A stretch of 7,926 nucleotides of DNA from Rotaria sordida (Eukaryota): assembly GCA_905252715.1 (NCBI GenBank), contig CAJNOU010001932.1, forward strand, positions 10,922 to 18,847. The letters are read 5' to 3'. The position numbers and the translations under genes were made by a program. Positions 7,829 through 7,926 of this stretch are shown here, in pieces. The notes beneath the pieces were generated by a model. The model was not told the origin of the DNA, ran no database searches, and saw only the letters and a list, made by a program, of their open reading frames with translations. How positions within the stretch are numbered: position 1 is the first letter of the stretch; each line of letters begins with the position of its first letter.

Positions 7829-7926
7829 ACCCACCCCACAAAACCCACACCCACACCCACACCCACACCCATACCCACACCCACACCCCCACCCACCCAC
7901 ACCCCCCCATCCCCACACCCCCCCCC
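7829..7926 (-). repeat. C-rich telomere-like array in opposite orientation, running to the window end
   Basis: ccacacccaccccacaaaacccacacccacacccacacccacacccatacccacaccc... ending in a C homopolymer. Confidence 0.9.

Noticed and set aside
7548-7918. Two overlapping minus-strand ORFs (122 and 103 aa) rich in His/Thr/Pro or Gly/Cys/Val
   Set aside because: They are translations of simple telomere-like repeats and element ends. Repeat periodicity keeps frames open; there is no domain signal.
1-7926. tRNA, rRNA or retroelement reverse transcriptase (Athena/Penelope-like) expected in rotifer subtelomeres
   Set aside because: No reverse transcriptase motifs, LTRs, rRNA or convincing cloverleaf were visible in the sequence or the ORF track.

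Overview
Eukaryotic window, most likely from a bdelloid rotifer subtelomere. This is inferred from many (TGTGGG)n / (CCCACA)n-like tracts, 55-73 bp introns and an animal-type gene. The one convincing gene is a six-exon GH2 beta-mannosidase (MANBA-like) on the minus strand, 4898 down to 1786. It splices in frame with GT/AG boundaries to about 891 aa. Both catalytic Glu motifs are kept, but three tryptophans normally conserved around the active site are substituted. Starting about 118 bp upstream of the predicted ATG is a block (about 5016-7179) made almost entirely of non-coding, hAT-like miniature or non-autonomous elements. These are: (i) an 824-bp element with a perfect 8-bp target duplication (ATGCTGAC); (ii) an ACCGGT-rich palindromic element; and (iii) inserted into the loop of (ii), a 954-bp element with ends TAGGRGTGTCAG, a 7/8-bp target duplication, and an internal head-to-head array of 34-bp repeats. 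A third copy of the TAGGGGTGTCAG end lies inside telomere-like repeats at 7474 and appears to be truncated directly into more telomere-like DNA. The right edge carries G-rich then C-rich telomere-like arrays facing each other, which is either a fusion-type arrangement or an assembly fold-back. The left edge has an inverted repeat with 87-bp arms at 85/87 identity. No CRISPR, rRNA, tRNA or prokaryotic defence-type system was recognised. The most novel part is the nested transposon and satellite structure, not a protein system.
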